Origin: Eubacteriales bacterium
GTDB lineage: Bacteria > Bacillota > Clostridia > Oscillospirales > CAG-272
Reading direction: 5' to 3'
Length of the DNA stretch: 64,000 nt
NCBI GenBank assembly: GCA_045647805.1
Contig: JAZRMT010000146.1
Location: 24-64,023 of the forward strand
The position numbers and the translations under genes were made by a program. Numbering within the stretch: position 1 is the first letter of the stretch; the number at the start of each line of letters is the position of its first letter. Below the pieces are notes generated by a model. It was not told where the DNA came from. It saw nothing but the letters and a program-made list of their open reading frames with translations, and searched no databases. This document shows positions 1 through 9,648 of the stretch, in pieces.

Positions 1-435
1 ATCCTCGGTACCCTTCACGTCGGGAGCAGGGATCCAGGGTTCATCCCAGAAGATCTTTTTACCGCCTATTTTTTTGACCTCTTCTATCCAATCCTTACAG
101 AACTGACGGTATGCGGGAGAATTAAGACAAATTTGGAAGGGGTGCATTTGTCCGTCACCGTAGTAGGAATGCGCCTCTGGGTGAGCACCAAGGAAATGGC
201 ACTTATCTCCGGGAGATCCACCGATACCCCAGTTGTCTACCCAAACCTCAAGACCTACTGCCTCGGATGCCTTGAAGATGTCTGCCATTACCTGGTCGTG
301 TCTCTCCCAGTCGGTGTGCGAGAGCATGTGAACGACTACGTCCATATCCGCTTTTGCCATTTCTTCCATATCGGCAATAGCGTGAGAGAGCATTCTGTTG
401 CCGTGATAAGCGGCACCTGTTTTAAGCTTTTGCAT
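1..435 (-). CDS. Hypothetical protein, N-terminal 145 codons only (the gene runs off the left edge). Possibly a TIM-barrel glycosidase-like enzyme, but function is not established.
   Basis: Open minus-strand frame from ATG (complement of 433-435) to the window edge. GGAGG (complement of 444-448) lies 8 nt upstream. Translation MQKLKTGAAYHGNRMLSHAIADMEEMAKADMDVVVHMLSHTDWERH...FWDEPWIPAPDVKGTED has globular composition. The + strand ORF 133-459 in the track is its shadow. Confidence 0.6.
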   Translation of the reverse strand, partial: MQKLKTGAAYHGNRMLSHAIADMEEMAKADMDVVVHMLSHTDWERHDQVMADIFKASEAVGLEVWVDNWGIGGSPGDKCHFLGAHPEAHSYYGDGQMHPFQICLNSPAYRQFCKDWIEEVKKIGGKKIFWDEPWIPAPDVKGTED

Positions 436-684
436 TGGTTTTTCCTCCGTGATGACTAAGTTTTATACCAATATCACTTTATCAAAAATTCCGCGTGTTG
501 TCAAGCGGATTTTTATAGTTCTGAACGGAATGATAAATTTATTGGATAAAGTGAACAAAGTGAGAATTGCCCGAATCCCCATGTATTTTTTGCCTTTTGA
601 TTATAGTTGTGCATTTTGCACACCGATGTATGCAGGGAATTGTGCAGAATGCTTTTTTAATTTTTCTTTTTTTACTTACCGTAC

Positions 685-713
685 TTGAATTATAAAATAT
701 TTTGGTGTATGAT
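685..713 (+). promoter_or_regulatory. Putative sigma-70-type promoter of A1 (TTGAAT-17 nt-TATGAT)
   Basis: TTGAAT at 685-690 and TATGAT at 708-713 with 17-nt spacing, about 40 nt upstream of the A1 start. Confidence 0.4.
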
Positions 714-754
714 AAAATTACAATACACAGTAAATCCAAAGAGGAGATTTGTTT

Positions 755-3700
755 ATGAAGATGTCAAAATTACTTTTAATGCTTGTGGCTCTCTGCGTTT
801 CGCTGGCAATGCTTTTCTCGTGCCAATTTGTGAATACCGGAACGGGCAACAGCAACGATTCGTCGGACAATGACAAGGACGACGATAAAGATGATGACAA
901 GGACGACGGCAACACCGACGACAAAGACGACGGCAACACCGATGACAAGGACGACGGCAACACCGACGACAAGGACGACGGCAACACCGACGACAAGGAC
1001 GACGGCAACACCGATGACAAGGACGACGGCAACACCGACGACAAGGACGACGGCAACACCGATGACAAGGACGACGGCAATACCGATGACAAGGACGACG
1101 GCAATACTGAGGAGCCGGAAAACCTAATTTTTAATTTCGAATCTACCGCTCAAATTATTGTGGGCTCCGAAGTTGCATATGACGTAGGATTCACTCTGTT
1201 CGAGATGATGTATCCCATGATGCTCTATCCTCCTCAAATTAAAGATGACACTGTGGAAAAGATTACCCATGAGATAGTAATTGGCGAGTGTGATAGAGAT
1301 ATTTCCAAGCTTGCGTACAGATATCTTGAAAGACGTCTTGATGATGAGAAAGCAGAGTATGACGGATATCTTATCTATTCAGACGGCTCCTCGGTGGCAA
1401 TTGCTTTTACCGAGGATAAGTATGGGCTAAGCATGGCTGCATATATGGCGTTTGAGAAGATCGAGTCTTACATTGATGATTACGCCCTCTGCCTTGAGGA
1501 TGGATTCGTTGATTACTTCTCCTTTAATGCTTATGAATATCAGAAGCAGATCGATCAGCTTACCGTTGACAAGCAGTGGCAGGAGCTTGCAGAGGAACTG
1601 GGAGAGCACGGTGAGGCTATCGTCGGAGCCTTCAAGGATATGTACGGTATGTACTCGATAGATATGATCTATTGGTACGCAAACCTTTACGATCCTGCTA
1701 TCGGAGGATATTACTACTCTAATTCCGGACGCGATACCGAGGGCTATCTTCCCGATATTGAGTCTACTGCTCAGGCGCTCAATGCCATAACCACCTCGGG
1801 CATGGTGTCGAGCTTTGCTAAGAATTATGCCGGTGCAATTCCCGAATGGATGAAGGAGCAGATCATATGCTTTACAAAATCTCTCCAGCATCCCGGCGGT
1901 TATTTCTATCATCCGCAATGGGGAAAGGAATTCACCGATTCCAAGGTTTCCAGAAGAGCAAGAGATCTTGGTAATGCTACCAGCGTGCTTTACGCTCTAG
2001 GCTCTGCTCCTACTTATAACACTCCCAAGGGCGATATAGGTGACGGAATACTTCCCGACGGATCAAAGGTCTCTGCGACGAGCATCTCGCTTACCGAACG
2101 ATTCGGCTGCTCCGCGGTCACTGCAGTCTCCAAGGTTGTAGCTGTCAGCTCCTCGGCAGAGGTGCCCTACTTCCTGGTTGATGAGGCTGCTTTCCGAGCT
2201 TATCTTGATACTCTTGACATTGAAAATAATGCATATTCAATAGGTAACACAATGACTGCCCAGAAGGAACAGATATCAAACCGAGACAGTCAGATAGGAA
2301 CACCCGACAATCCCACGCCCTTGATGGACATACTTATTAATTGGTTCAACGAGCATCAGAATCCCGAGAGAGGATCCTGGGCTAACGAGGAGCAGCAGGG
2401 TACTTATAACGAGATCAACGCTATAATGAAGATCACCGGTGTTTACGGCGGTGCGGGCGTGCTTATGCCCAATTCAGACAAGGCTATCTGGATAGTCCTC
2501 GACGCTATCGGTTACCAGGAGACTCCCGGTGCGGTTGTTGACGTTTATAACACATGGTATGCGGCATCAAGACTTCTTCGCCACATGAGAGATTACGGTG
2601 ACGAGGAGGATAAGGCTCTTGCCGCTGAGGTTCTTGACGAGCTTCGTGCGAAGGCACCCGAGCTTATCAGAGATTCGGCAAAGAAGCTTTCTGTATTCAG
2701 AAAGACGGACGGTTCCTTCTCCTACACTCCCAACGCTTCGTCTGCCAATTCTCAGGGGTGTCCCGTAGCTGTGAAAGGAACAAATGAGGGCGACGTTAAC
2801 GCAACTGTAATATGCTCCTCGGACATTCTCGTTTATATTTACTCGGCTCTTAACGTTTCTGATCACAGTGTTCCGATATACACCTACGCAGATTGGCTCG
2901 AGTATAAGTATACTCTTGAAAACCTTAATCCTGTTATCAAGAATCCCGAGGTCACAATGGAAGAGCCCTACACATTTGACGAGGATGATGAGGGTGAATT
3001 CGATCACGATAGCATAACCGCATCACTCAAATCCGCAGAGAGCTACCTTGCGGTAGTGAAGGACACCGACCGTTCGGGCGAGGGCAATTATCTTGAGTTC
3101 TCTTCCTCGGTGGGAAAGGAATCGCTGCTCATCAGCTCGGGCGGCCTCGCATCCAGCAAGACCTGCTACGTTTTTGAGTCGGATATGTGCATCTACGAGG
3201 CAAGTGCAAACTATTCCATACAGATGTATATTACCGAGTGTTATATGATTTCGGTACGTGTGCAGAATGGAAAGCTGTCACTCATTGAGTCCACCTCTTC
3301 TTCTGCAAAGAAGTCCAGAGACACCGTTTTGGGACTTAATCCCGAATTCGGTGAGTGGTTCAATCTCAAAATAGAGTATTATGCAGGCTCTCAGGATACG
3401 ACTCGAATAAAGATTTATTATAATAATGAGCTTGTGGCTGTTACAGACGGCTTCTACGATGAGGAGTGCAATCGCTACACCACGGGTAACGCAACACCCG
3501 GAAGAATGTCTAACAGCTTCCAGATATACGTTCTCAACGGTGTCAAGGTTAAGATGGCTGTTGACAACGTAATATTCTATAAGAGCAACGATCCTTACGT
3601 TGCCGTGACAGATCCCGAGCTTTCTCCCAAGATCAATGTTGACCTTCCTCTTCCACTTGAAGGAATCGAGCTTTCGGGCGGTGAGTACTACAACAGCGAC

Positions 3701-5029
3701 AAGGAAGGTACAAGATACGACTTTACGGAAAAGCCCGACAAGGATCATCTTTACAACAAGAGCTACGATTCTAAAACCGGTAGCTCTACTGTCTCTGTTC
3801 CCATGATGAGCAAGGTGGCAAACGGAATTCTTTCACTGACCAACGCATCCAACTGGCAGGGTATCTGCTTTGGTGCTGATGAGCCGATAAAGGGTGAGCT
3901 TGGCGATCGTTACATCTTCGAGACCGACTTCGTATGGCTCGGCGGAATGCAGGATTCTGCAGATATAGGCGGCGGAGCGGCATTTATCGGCTTCCTCGGT
4001 GAGAACAGATCTACCGATAACACGCAGATGTATAGCTATGGCAATATGTCCTTCATCAAGAATAACACAGAGCAGATCAAGGTTTGCGGAGCAACTCTTG
4101 ATAAGGGGGTAAGCTATAACCTTAGATTTGTTTATCAGGTCGGCGGTTCTATAAAGCTTTACGTTAATGGTGAGCCTGCTAAGGTTGGTAAGATCTACGG
4201 AAGCAACCTTGTTTCCGGTGATGAGTATCAGGGATTCGGCTTCTATTTCAGAAAGTCCTTTATAGAAGAGATGTCCATTGTAATGGATAACATATACATC
4301 GGTTTTGAGAAGGGTGACGGTACGGTTGATCTTCCCGAGCCGGTTATAAAGCTTCCGGAAACTACCGTCAATCCCGACTCTTATTACAACACCGTATCCG
4401 ATGGAACTAAATATTCCTTCACGGATGGCAAGGATACTTACAGCATTTACGATAAGGATACAAACCCGAACGGATTCCTTTCCGGACCGCTTAACGAGGA
4501 GAGCCAGAAGAGCTATGACGAAGGCAAGGTAGTTTTCGATAACAAAGATATTCTTCTTGCTACCGCAGACAGCTGCTATGCGGGCATAAGCTTTGCTAAC
4601 AAAGGAAATACCGCAGGAACGAATAGCTCGGTTTACGTTTTTGAAACCGATTTCGCCTTTGTCGGCGGAACTCCTGGCTCGGATTGGAACGTAGCCTTTG
4701 TAGGCTTCTCAAGCGGCAATGAGACCAACCCCGATATGTTCGCTTACGGATATATGCAGTTTGCTGACGAAGAGGGAAGCGCTATCTACTTCTGGGGCAG
4801 CAGATTCGATAGGGGCGTCTGGTATAACCTCCGCTTCGAGTACGAGGTGTCCAGCGGTAAAGTTACACTTTTCGTTAACGGAGTAAATTCCGGTAATATG
4901 ACCACGAAGAGAGATTCGAACGGCAACTCCGATCCGCTTGTTTTTAACGGATTCGGCGTATATATCAGAAACAAGATGGCAGAGCCTCTTCAGCTGGCAT
5001 TCGACAATGTTTATATAGGTGTTAAATAA
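755..5029 (+). CDS. Giant lipoprotein A1 of the paralogous surface-protein family: lipobox signal peptide, acidic repeat stalk, conserved uncharacterised core, LamG-like C-terminal modules
   Basis: ATG at 755 lies 8 nt after GAGGAG (741-746). The track ORF starts at a TTG at 749. The N-terminus MKMSKLLLMLVALCVSLAMLFSC carries a lipobox Cys, followed by (DDKDDGNT)x9. Core motifs are LYDPAIGGYYYSNSGRDTEGYLPDIESTAQAL, LQHPGGYFYHPQWGKEF..SRRARD, DGSFSY..SQGCPVAV and NEGDVNAT. C-terminal modules resemble GEWFNLKIEYY...IKIYYNNELV...VDNVIFY. Confidence 0.93.
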   Translation: MKMSKLLLMLVALCVSLAMLFSCQFVNTGTGNSNDSSDNDKDDDKDDDKDDGNTDDKDDGNTDDKDDGNTDDKDDGNTDDKDDGNTDDKDDGNTDDKDDGNTDDKDDGNTDDKDDGNTEEPENLIFNFESTAQIIVGSEVAYDVGFTLFEMMYPMMLYPPQIKDDTVEKITHEIVIGECDRDISKLAYRYLERRLDDEKAEYDGYLIYSDGSSVAIAFTEDKYGLSMAAYMAFEKIESYIDDYALCLEDGFVDYFSFNAYEYQKQIDQLTVDKQWQELAEELGEHGEAIVGAFKDMYGMYSIDMIYWYANLYDPAIGGYYYSNSGRDTEGYLPDIESTAQALNAITTSGMVSSFAKNYAGAIPEWMKEQIICFTKSLQHPGGYFYHPQWGKEFTDSKVSRRARDLGNATSVLYALGSAPTYNTPKGDIGDGILPDGSKVSATSISLTERFGCSAVTAVSKVVAVSSSAEVPYFLVDEAAFRAYLDTLDIENNAYSIGNTMTAQKEQISNRDSQIGTPDNPTPLMDILINWFNEHQNPERGSWANEEQQGTYNEINAIMKITGVYGGAGVLMPNSDKAIWIVLDAIGYQETPGAVVDVYNTWYAASRLLRHMRDYGDEEDKALAAEVLDELRAKAPELIRDSAKKLSVFRKTDGSFSYTPNASSANSQGCPVAVKGTNEGDVNATVICSSDILVYIYSALNVSDHSVPIYTYADWLEYKYTLENLNPVIKNPEVTMEEPYTFDEDDEGEFDHDSITASLKSAESYLAVVKDTDRSGEGNYLEFSSSVGKESLLISSGGLASSKTCYVFESDMCIYEASANYSIQMYITECYMISVRVQNGKLSLIESTSSSAKKSRDTVLGLNPEFGEWFNLKIEYYAGSQDTTRIKIYYNNELVAVTDGFYDEECNRYTTGNATPGRMSNSFQIYVLNGVKVKMAVDNVIFYKSNDPYVAVTDPELSPKINVDLPLPLEGIELSGGEYYNSDKEGTRYDFTEKPDKDHLYNKSYDSKTGSSTVSVPMMSKVANGILSLTNASNWQGICFGADEPIKGELGDRYIFETDFVWLGGMQDSADIGGGAAFIGFLGENRSTDNTQMYSYGNMSFIKNNTEQIKVCGATLDKGVSYNLRFVYQVGGSIKLYVNGEPAKVGKIYGSNLVSGDEYQGFGFYFRKSFIEEMSIVMDNIYIGFEKGDGTVDLPEPVIKLPETTVNPDSYYNTVSDGTKYSFTDGKDTYSIYDKDTNPNGFLSGPLNEESQKSYDEGKVVFDNKDILLATADSCYAGISFANKGNTAGTNSSVYVFETDFAFVGGTPGSDWNVAFVGFSSGNETNPDMFAYGYMQFADEEGSAIYFWGSRFDRGVWYNLRFEYEVSSGKVTLFVNGVNSGNMTTKRDSNGNSDPLVFNGFGVYIRNKMAEPLQLAFDNVYIGVK
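893..1108 (+). repeat. Nine in-frame copies of a 24-bp tandem repeat (GAYGACAARGACGACGGCAAYACY) encoding DDKDDGNT
   Basis: Read directly from the sequence. Copies differ only at synonymous third positions. They create the antisense and out-of-frame shadow ORFs 718-1104 and 870-1127. Confidence 0.95.
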
Positions 5030-5037
5030 TTTCGAAA

Positions 5038-6426
5038 ATGAACGAACTGAACACATTAAGAGAAGAAAGATATAAGGCTATCGCCGACCGAGTCGGCGGT
5101 AGCACGGGTGAGAAAATAGTAGAGGCGTTAAGAGACCTTTATGAAATGTTTGACGAATCAATGATCGATTGGTTCGCAGGTCTTTACGATCCGAAGGTTG
5201 GCGGCTGGTATTATTCAAACGGAGCGAAGGATCTTGAGACGGTGACCTATCAAGGGGTGACCTATCCTCTTTTGCCGGATATTGAATCGACCGAGCAGTC
5301 ACTTCGCTTTATCAACAGCTCAGGTCTTACTTGCGGCAAGGGATATCAGGATGTTCTTCCCGATAGGATGAAGGCGGATATTGCAAGATATCTTAAGGGG
5401 CTTCAGGACGAGGGCGGCTTCTTCTATAATCCGCAGTGGGGGAAGGAATACACCGATAAAAAGCTCTCAAGAAGAGCGAGGGACCTCGGTGCATCGGTAA
5501 GTGTGCTTTGCGCACTCGGTTATGCTCCCACGTATGACACTCCCACGGGTGAGAAGGGCGATTATAAGCTCTTCGACGGTACTCCCGTGGAAAAAAGGGG
5601 CACAAAGATATCCGAGGGAGACAATGCTGACGTATCCTCCGCCGGAATAGAGATTCCGGAGAATATGCGTGATAAGCAGGCGTTCCTCGATTATCTCGAC
5701 ACGCTTAATATCAAAACGGGTGCCTACTCGGTGGGAAATACCCTCACGGCACAGAAGCGGCAGATAATCTTTCGTGACGAGCAGCTGAAGGCCGAGGGGG
5801 CCGATTACTCGCTCATGGAAATACTTATCAATTGGCTTAACGAGAATCAGAATCCCGAGAACGGACTCTGGAATCCCGAGGCGAATTATTACGGAATAAA
5901 CGGACTGATGAAGGTGTCCGGCGTATACGGTGCGGCAGGCGTTCTTCTTCCTAATGCACAGAAGGCTGCTTTGGCGGCAATTGATGCCATGAACACCGAT
6001 CAGGAGGCGGGAGCGGTCACCGACGTGTATAACACCTGGTTTGCCGCTGAGAGAGTTCTTCGCCATATCAGAACCTTTGGCGGTGAGGACGGAACCGTGC
6101 TTTCCGCAAAGCTTCTTGAGGGACTGCGTGAGAAGGCACCGGAGGGACTCAGAGCTACCAAGAAAAAGCTACTCGATTTTAAAAAGGAGTCCGGCTCCTT
6201 CTCCTATTGCCGTAACACCAGCTCGGCACGTTCTCAGGGCTGTCCTGTAACCCACGAGGGTATGGCAGAGGGGGATGTAAACGCCACTATCATCTGTTCT
6301 TCGGATATTCTTAATTACGTTTATGCATCTCTCGGCTTATCGGACATTAAGGTTCCGATATTCGGTGAGAGGGAAATGAAACGGTATATTGAGATAGTTG
6401 AGGATAATTACTCTAAGATGAAATAA
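5038..6426 (+). CDS. Leaderless stand-alone copy (S) of the family core domain, predicted cytoplasmic
   Basis: ATG lies 8 nt after the A1 stop and no terminator intervenes. There is no signal peptide (MNELNTLREERYKAIADRVGG...). It carries every core motif: LYDPKVGGWYYSNG...LLPDIESTEQSL, LQDEGGFFYNPQWGKEY..SRRARD, SGSFSY..SQGCPVT, AEGDVNAT. Confidence 0.9.
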   Translation: MNELNTLREERYKAIADRVGGSTGEKIVEALRDLYEMFDESMIDWFAGLYDPKVGGWYYSNGAKDLETVTYQGVTYPLLPDIESTEQSLRFINSSGLTCGKGYQDVLPDRMKADIARYLKGLQDEGGFFYNPQWGKEYTDKKLSRRARDLGASVSVLCALGYAPTYDTPTGEKGDYKLFDGTPVEKRGTKISEGDNADVSSAGIEIPENMRDKQAFLDYLDTLNIKTGAYSVGNTLTAQKRQIIFRDEQLKAEGADYSLMEILINWLNENQNPENGLWNPEANYYGINGLMKVSGVYGAAGVLLPNAQKAALAAIDAMNTDQEAGAVTDVYNTWFAAERVLRHIRTFGGEDGTVLSAKLLEGLREKAPEGLRATKKKLLDFKKESGSFSYCRNTSSARSQGCPVTHEGMAEGDVNATIICSSDILNYVYASLGLSDIKVPIFGEREMKRYIEIVEDNYSKMK

Positions 6427-6430
6427 AAAA

Positions 6431-6480
6431 GCCGGGGCAGTCTCAAATTTTGCATTTGAGACTGCCCCGCTTCTTTTTTT
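6431..6480. terminator. Bidirectional rho-independent terminator between S and the convergent gene
   Basis: GGGGCAGTCTCAAA (6434-6447) pairs with TTTGAGACTGCCCC (6455-6468). An A-run lies upstream and a T-run downstream. Confidence 0.85.
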
Positions 6481-6481
6481 A

Positions 6482-6910
6482 TTAAAGAAATTCTCGCATG
6501 CTTGCTTCCATATATTCCTCGGAGGCAATAAGCCGTTTTGCGATATCCTTCGCTTCTTTGTCGGCGTTTTTGTACTGATTGAGGTAACGGTTAAGCGATT
6601 TTATGCCCATATCACAGCCGTCGGTCATTACGTCTGCGATCTTGTCATCGCCACCCTCCATCAGCTTCATCCGTATTTTCATATCGCTCATAAATCTGGC
6701 AACGGGATGAGGAGGCTTGGTATCCGCCTTCAGGGAAAGAAGAATCCCGTGTGTTTTGTCGCCAAGCTCTGCGTGTGTGTTTTTGCATACCTCAAGGGTG
6801 CGTTTAAGCGTGTCGGATTCGGTACGTGGAAGAACCTTTTTTATAGCGTTCTCGCCCATCTTTATTCCGGCGTTGCACTCCCTGAGCAGCTTTACGGTAT
6901 CGTTATTCAA
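6482..6910 (-). CDS. Hypothetical small protein, probably all-helical; function unknown
   Basis: 142-codon ORF with a TTG start (complement of 6908-6910), about 9 nt after AGGAAG. Its composition is heptad-like and K/E/L/A-rich. I do not recognise a family with confidence. Confidence 0.6.
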   Translation of the reverse strand: MNNDTVKLLRECNAGIKMGENAIKKVLPRTESDTLKRTLEVCKNTHAELGDKTHGILLSLKADTKPPHPVARFMSDMKIRMKLMEGGDDKIADVMTDGCDMGIKSLNRYLNQYKNADKEAKDIAKRLIASEEYMEASMREFL

Positions 6911-6979
6911 ATCTAAAGCTTCCTTTTTGTATTAAGCCCCAATAGGGCTTTTTATTAGTATGGAGCCTTGAGTTGCCGT

Positions 6980-7147
6980 TTATACAGTCAATCTGAACTC
7001 GAAATTCTCGTATTCAAGATCGTCGCCAACGTCTGCTCCCATCGGAAGAAGCATCATTGCGATGAAAAGCTCTTCGCCGCTCGATTTGTCTTTCAGCGTG
7101 GCGTATTCGCCCTCGATTTTCTTGATAATGTAAAATTTTGTTTCCAT
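6980..7147 (-). CDS. Small protein resembling DUF3006 (55 aa)
   Basis: Absent from the ORF track because it is under 60 aa. Translation: METKFYIIKKIEGEYATLKDKSSGEELFIAMMLLPMGADVGDDLEYENFEFRLTV. The pattern (I.K IEGEYA.L .. G ... LP .. GD.L) matches my memory of DUF3006 proteins. Confidence 0.55.
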   Translation of the reverse strand: METKFYIIKKIEGEYATLKDKSSGEELFIAMMLLPMGADVGDDLEYENFEFRLTV

Positions 7148-7329
7148 TTTAGTGCAAAACCGTCCTTTTTTGATGTATACAGTATACTACGTTCGAAGGA
7201 AAAATGCAAGAGCTTTTTTGATTGACTCTCTGTAAATGTTACATTTTTTTGGTAGGTATTGACTTTTTATTTAAAAAAATGTATTATATATAGGTAAATA
7301 TTTTGTTTTCAAATATGGGAGAATTTTAG

Positions 7330-8241
7330 GTGAATTTATTGCACGCTCATACAGAGGGAGGCAGCCTTTTTGAGAATATTCTTACAGAGATATTCTGGCA
7401 TGGGCTTCTCGATACCTTGAAAATAATACCGTTCTTGTTTTTGACCTATCTGCTTATGGAGTTTATTGAGCATAAGGCCGAGGACAAGGCAGAACGCTTT
7501 ATGAAGAAGGCGGGGCCGCTTGCTCCTGCTGTTGGCGGTATCCTCGGTGCGGTGCCTCAGTGCGGATTTTCGGCTGCGGCGTCGGGGCTTTATGCCGGAA
7601 GGGTAATTTCCTTCGGTACGCTTCTTGCCGTTTTCCTTTCTACCTCGGATGAGATGCTTCCCGTGCTTCTCGGCGGTGACATTCCTCCACTTACGGTTGC
7701 TCTTATAATGCTTTATAAGGCGGGCGTCGGTATTTGCATCGGTCTTTTGGCAGATCTCTTTATCCGAATTTTCAGAAGGAAAGAGGAAAATATCAATATT
7801 GACGAGATATGCGACAAGGATAACTGCCACTGTGAAAAGGGAATTTTTTATTCGGCATTTCATCATACCATTACAATTACACTCTTTATTCTTGCAGTGA
7901 CATTGGCTATCAACGCTCTCGTTTTCTTTATCGGAGAGGAAAATCTCGGGGCTGTGATGTACGATAAGCCCTTTGTCGGTCATCTTATTGCGGCGGTCTT
8001 TGGTCTTATTCCGAACTGTGCCGCCTCGGTAGCTCTTGCAACCCTATGTGCGGAGGGGCTTATAACCGTCGGAACTATGATGGCAGGACTTTTCTCGGGT
8101 GCGGGCGTGGGACTTCTCGTTTTGTTCCGTGTAAACAGACATATTGGAGAAAATCTTGCTTTTGTGGCAGTGCTTGTGACCGTGGGAGTGGGCTTCGGTA
8201 TGCTTGGAGACCTTATTTTCCCTGTATCGATGATGTGCTGA
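7330..8241 (+). CDS. Multi-pass membrane protein of the putative 10-TM metal/arsenical permease type (ArsP_2-like)
   Basis: GTG start 8 nt after GGGAG. The protein is hydrophobic throughout and carries the motif GGILGAVPQCGFSAAASGLYAGRVISFGTLLAVFLSTSDEMLPVLL. A second half contains LIPNCAASVAL. Confidence 0.7.
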   Translation: MNLLHAHTEGGSLFENILTEIFWHGLLDTLKIIPFLFLTYLLMEFIEHKAEDKAERFMKKAGPLAPAVGGILGAVPQCGFSAAASGLYAGRVISFGTLLAVFLSTSDEMLPVLLGGDIPPLTVALIMLYKAGVGICIGLLADLFIRIFRRKEENINIDEICDKDNCHCEKGIFYSAFHHTITITLFILAVTLAINALVFFIGEENLGAVMYDKPFVGHLIAAVFGLIPNCAASVALATLCAEGLITVGTMMAGLFSGAGVGLLVLFRVNRHIGENLAFVAVLVTVGVGFGMLGDLIFPVSMMC

Positions 8242-8352
8242 GCAAAAGTCAATTTTATACAAGTATTAAACAAATTTAGTCTAGAAAAACATCTGCCTTT
8301 GATGTTAAAATAAAAGAAGAAACAGATAAAGCAGACCAAGGAGCTTTCGGTT

Positions 8353-9399
8353 ATGAAGAAAAAGGTTGCAGTTGTAGGCTATGGCGGTCAGGGTGCCTGG
8401 CATGCCGGTCACATAATAAAGAGTGACGTAGTTTCTCTCTCAGGAATATACGATATTGCCGAAAAAAGAGTCAATGCCGCACGTGAGAACGGCATTTATA
8501 CCTATTCCTCCCTTGAGGATATACTTTCGGACAAGGAGGTAGATATCGTCGTTTGTGCTACGCCCAATGACGTACATAAGGACATTGTGGTAAGGTCGCT
8601 TCTTGCGGGCAAGAACGTTATATGCGAGAAGCCTGTGGCTCTTTGCGTTTCTGATTTTGACGAAATGGTTTCGGCGGCGAAGGCCTCGGGCAAAGTGCTT
8701 TCGGTTCATCAGAACAGAAGGTGGGACGTTGACTATCTCGCCATTAAAAGCATTGTAGAGTCCGGAGAGATCGGCGAGACGATCAATATCGAGTCAAGGA
8801 TTCACGGCTCCAGAGGAATTCCCTCCGACTGGAGGTGTCATAAGCCTCAGGGCGGCGGAATGATACTCGACTGGGGCGTTCATCTTATCGACCAGATGCT
8901 TAAGCTTGTTCCCGAGAAGGTTAAGGGCGTATATTGCGAGATTGCCAATATTACCACCGACGAGGTTGACGACGGCTTTAATCTTCACCTGCTTTTCGAG
9001 GGCGGAAAGAGAGCTACGGTAGAGGTAGGAACCTATAACTTTATCGCTATGCCCAGGTTTTATATGCAGTGCAAGGGCGGCTCGGCACTTATTGAGGATT
9101 GGCAGAAGAAGTGCCGAATAAATAAGCTTCTTGCCTGGTGCGAGAAGGATGTACTGCCCGTGCAGACTGCTGCGGGAATTACAAAGACCATGGCACCGAG
9201 AGACGAGCTGACTATCAAGTCCTACGAAATAGAAAGACCTACGTCAGACGTTCATGATTTTTACCGTAATTACGTTCAGGCTGTGGACGGAGTATCCGAG
9301 CAGCTTATAAAGAACGAGGAGGTCAGAAGGGTGCTTCTCGTTATGGAGGCGGCGTTCAGATCCGGCGAGAGCGGTGAAGCTGTTAAGGTTGATATTTGA
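8353..9399 (+). CDS. Gfo/Idh/MocA family NAD(P)-dependent oxidoreductase
   Basis: AAGGAG RBS. N-terminal Rossmann motif MKKKVAVVGYGGQGAWH and the EKP motif (VICEKPVAL) typical of the family. Confidence 0.85.
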   Translation: MKKKVAVVGYGGQGAWHAGHIIKSDVVSLSGIYDIAEKRVNAARENGIYTYSSLEDILSDKEVDIVVCATPNDVHKDIVVRSLLAGKNVICEKPVALCVSDFDEMVSAAKASGKVLSVHQNRRWDVDYLAIKSIVESGEIGETINIESRIHGSRGIPSDWRCHKPQGGGMILDWGVHLIDQMLKLVPEKVKGVYCEIANITTDEVDDGFNLHLLFEGGKRATVEVGTYNFIAMPRFYMQCKGGSALIEDWQKKCRINKLLAWCEKDVLPVQTAAGITKTMAPRDELTIKSYEIERPTSDVHDFYRNYVQAVDGVSEQLIKNEEVRRVLLVMEAAFRSGESGEAVKVDI

Positions 9400-9504
9400 T
9401 AAATGAACCGAAGGAACGATGCGCGAGGCTGCATCCATTAGGATTTGTCCGTCATACAGAGTAATTTCGGTTAAGCCGTGATCCCGTATCATATTAATTC
9501 TTTT

Positions 9505-9547
9505 GAGGGGAGCTCAAGCGTTAAAGACTTGAGCTTCCCTCTTTTTT
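9505..9547 (+). terminator. Rho-independent terminator
   Basis: GAGGGGAGCTCAAG pairs with CTTGAGCTTCCCTC and is followed by TTTTTT. Confidence 0.7.
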
Positions 9548-9648
9548 CCCATAAATTACAGATGTAAAGATGAATTTTTCTCTTTCTGCGGGGTTGCAAT
9601 TATTTTGGCTTTATGGTATACTGAATAGGAAGATTTTTGGGCGACGAA

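Noticed and set aside
133-739. ORFs 133-459 (+), 449-688 (+) and 539-739 (-)
   Set aside because: 133-459 is the shadow of the real minus-strand partial gene (1-435). The other two lie in the AT-rich promoter region of A1 and have poor composition.
718-1127. ORFs 718-1104 (-) and 870-1127 (+), encoding SSLSSVLP and TRTTATP repeat proteins
   Set aside because: They are out-of-frame or antisense readings of the 24-bp tandem repeat inside A1. They have no RBS, and the A1 frame continues for 1400 codons with globular composition.
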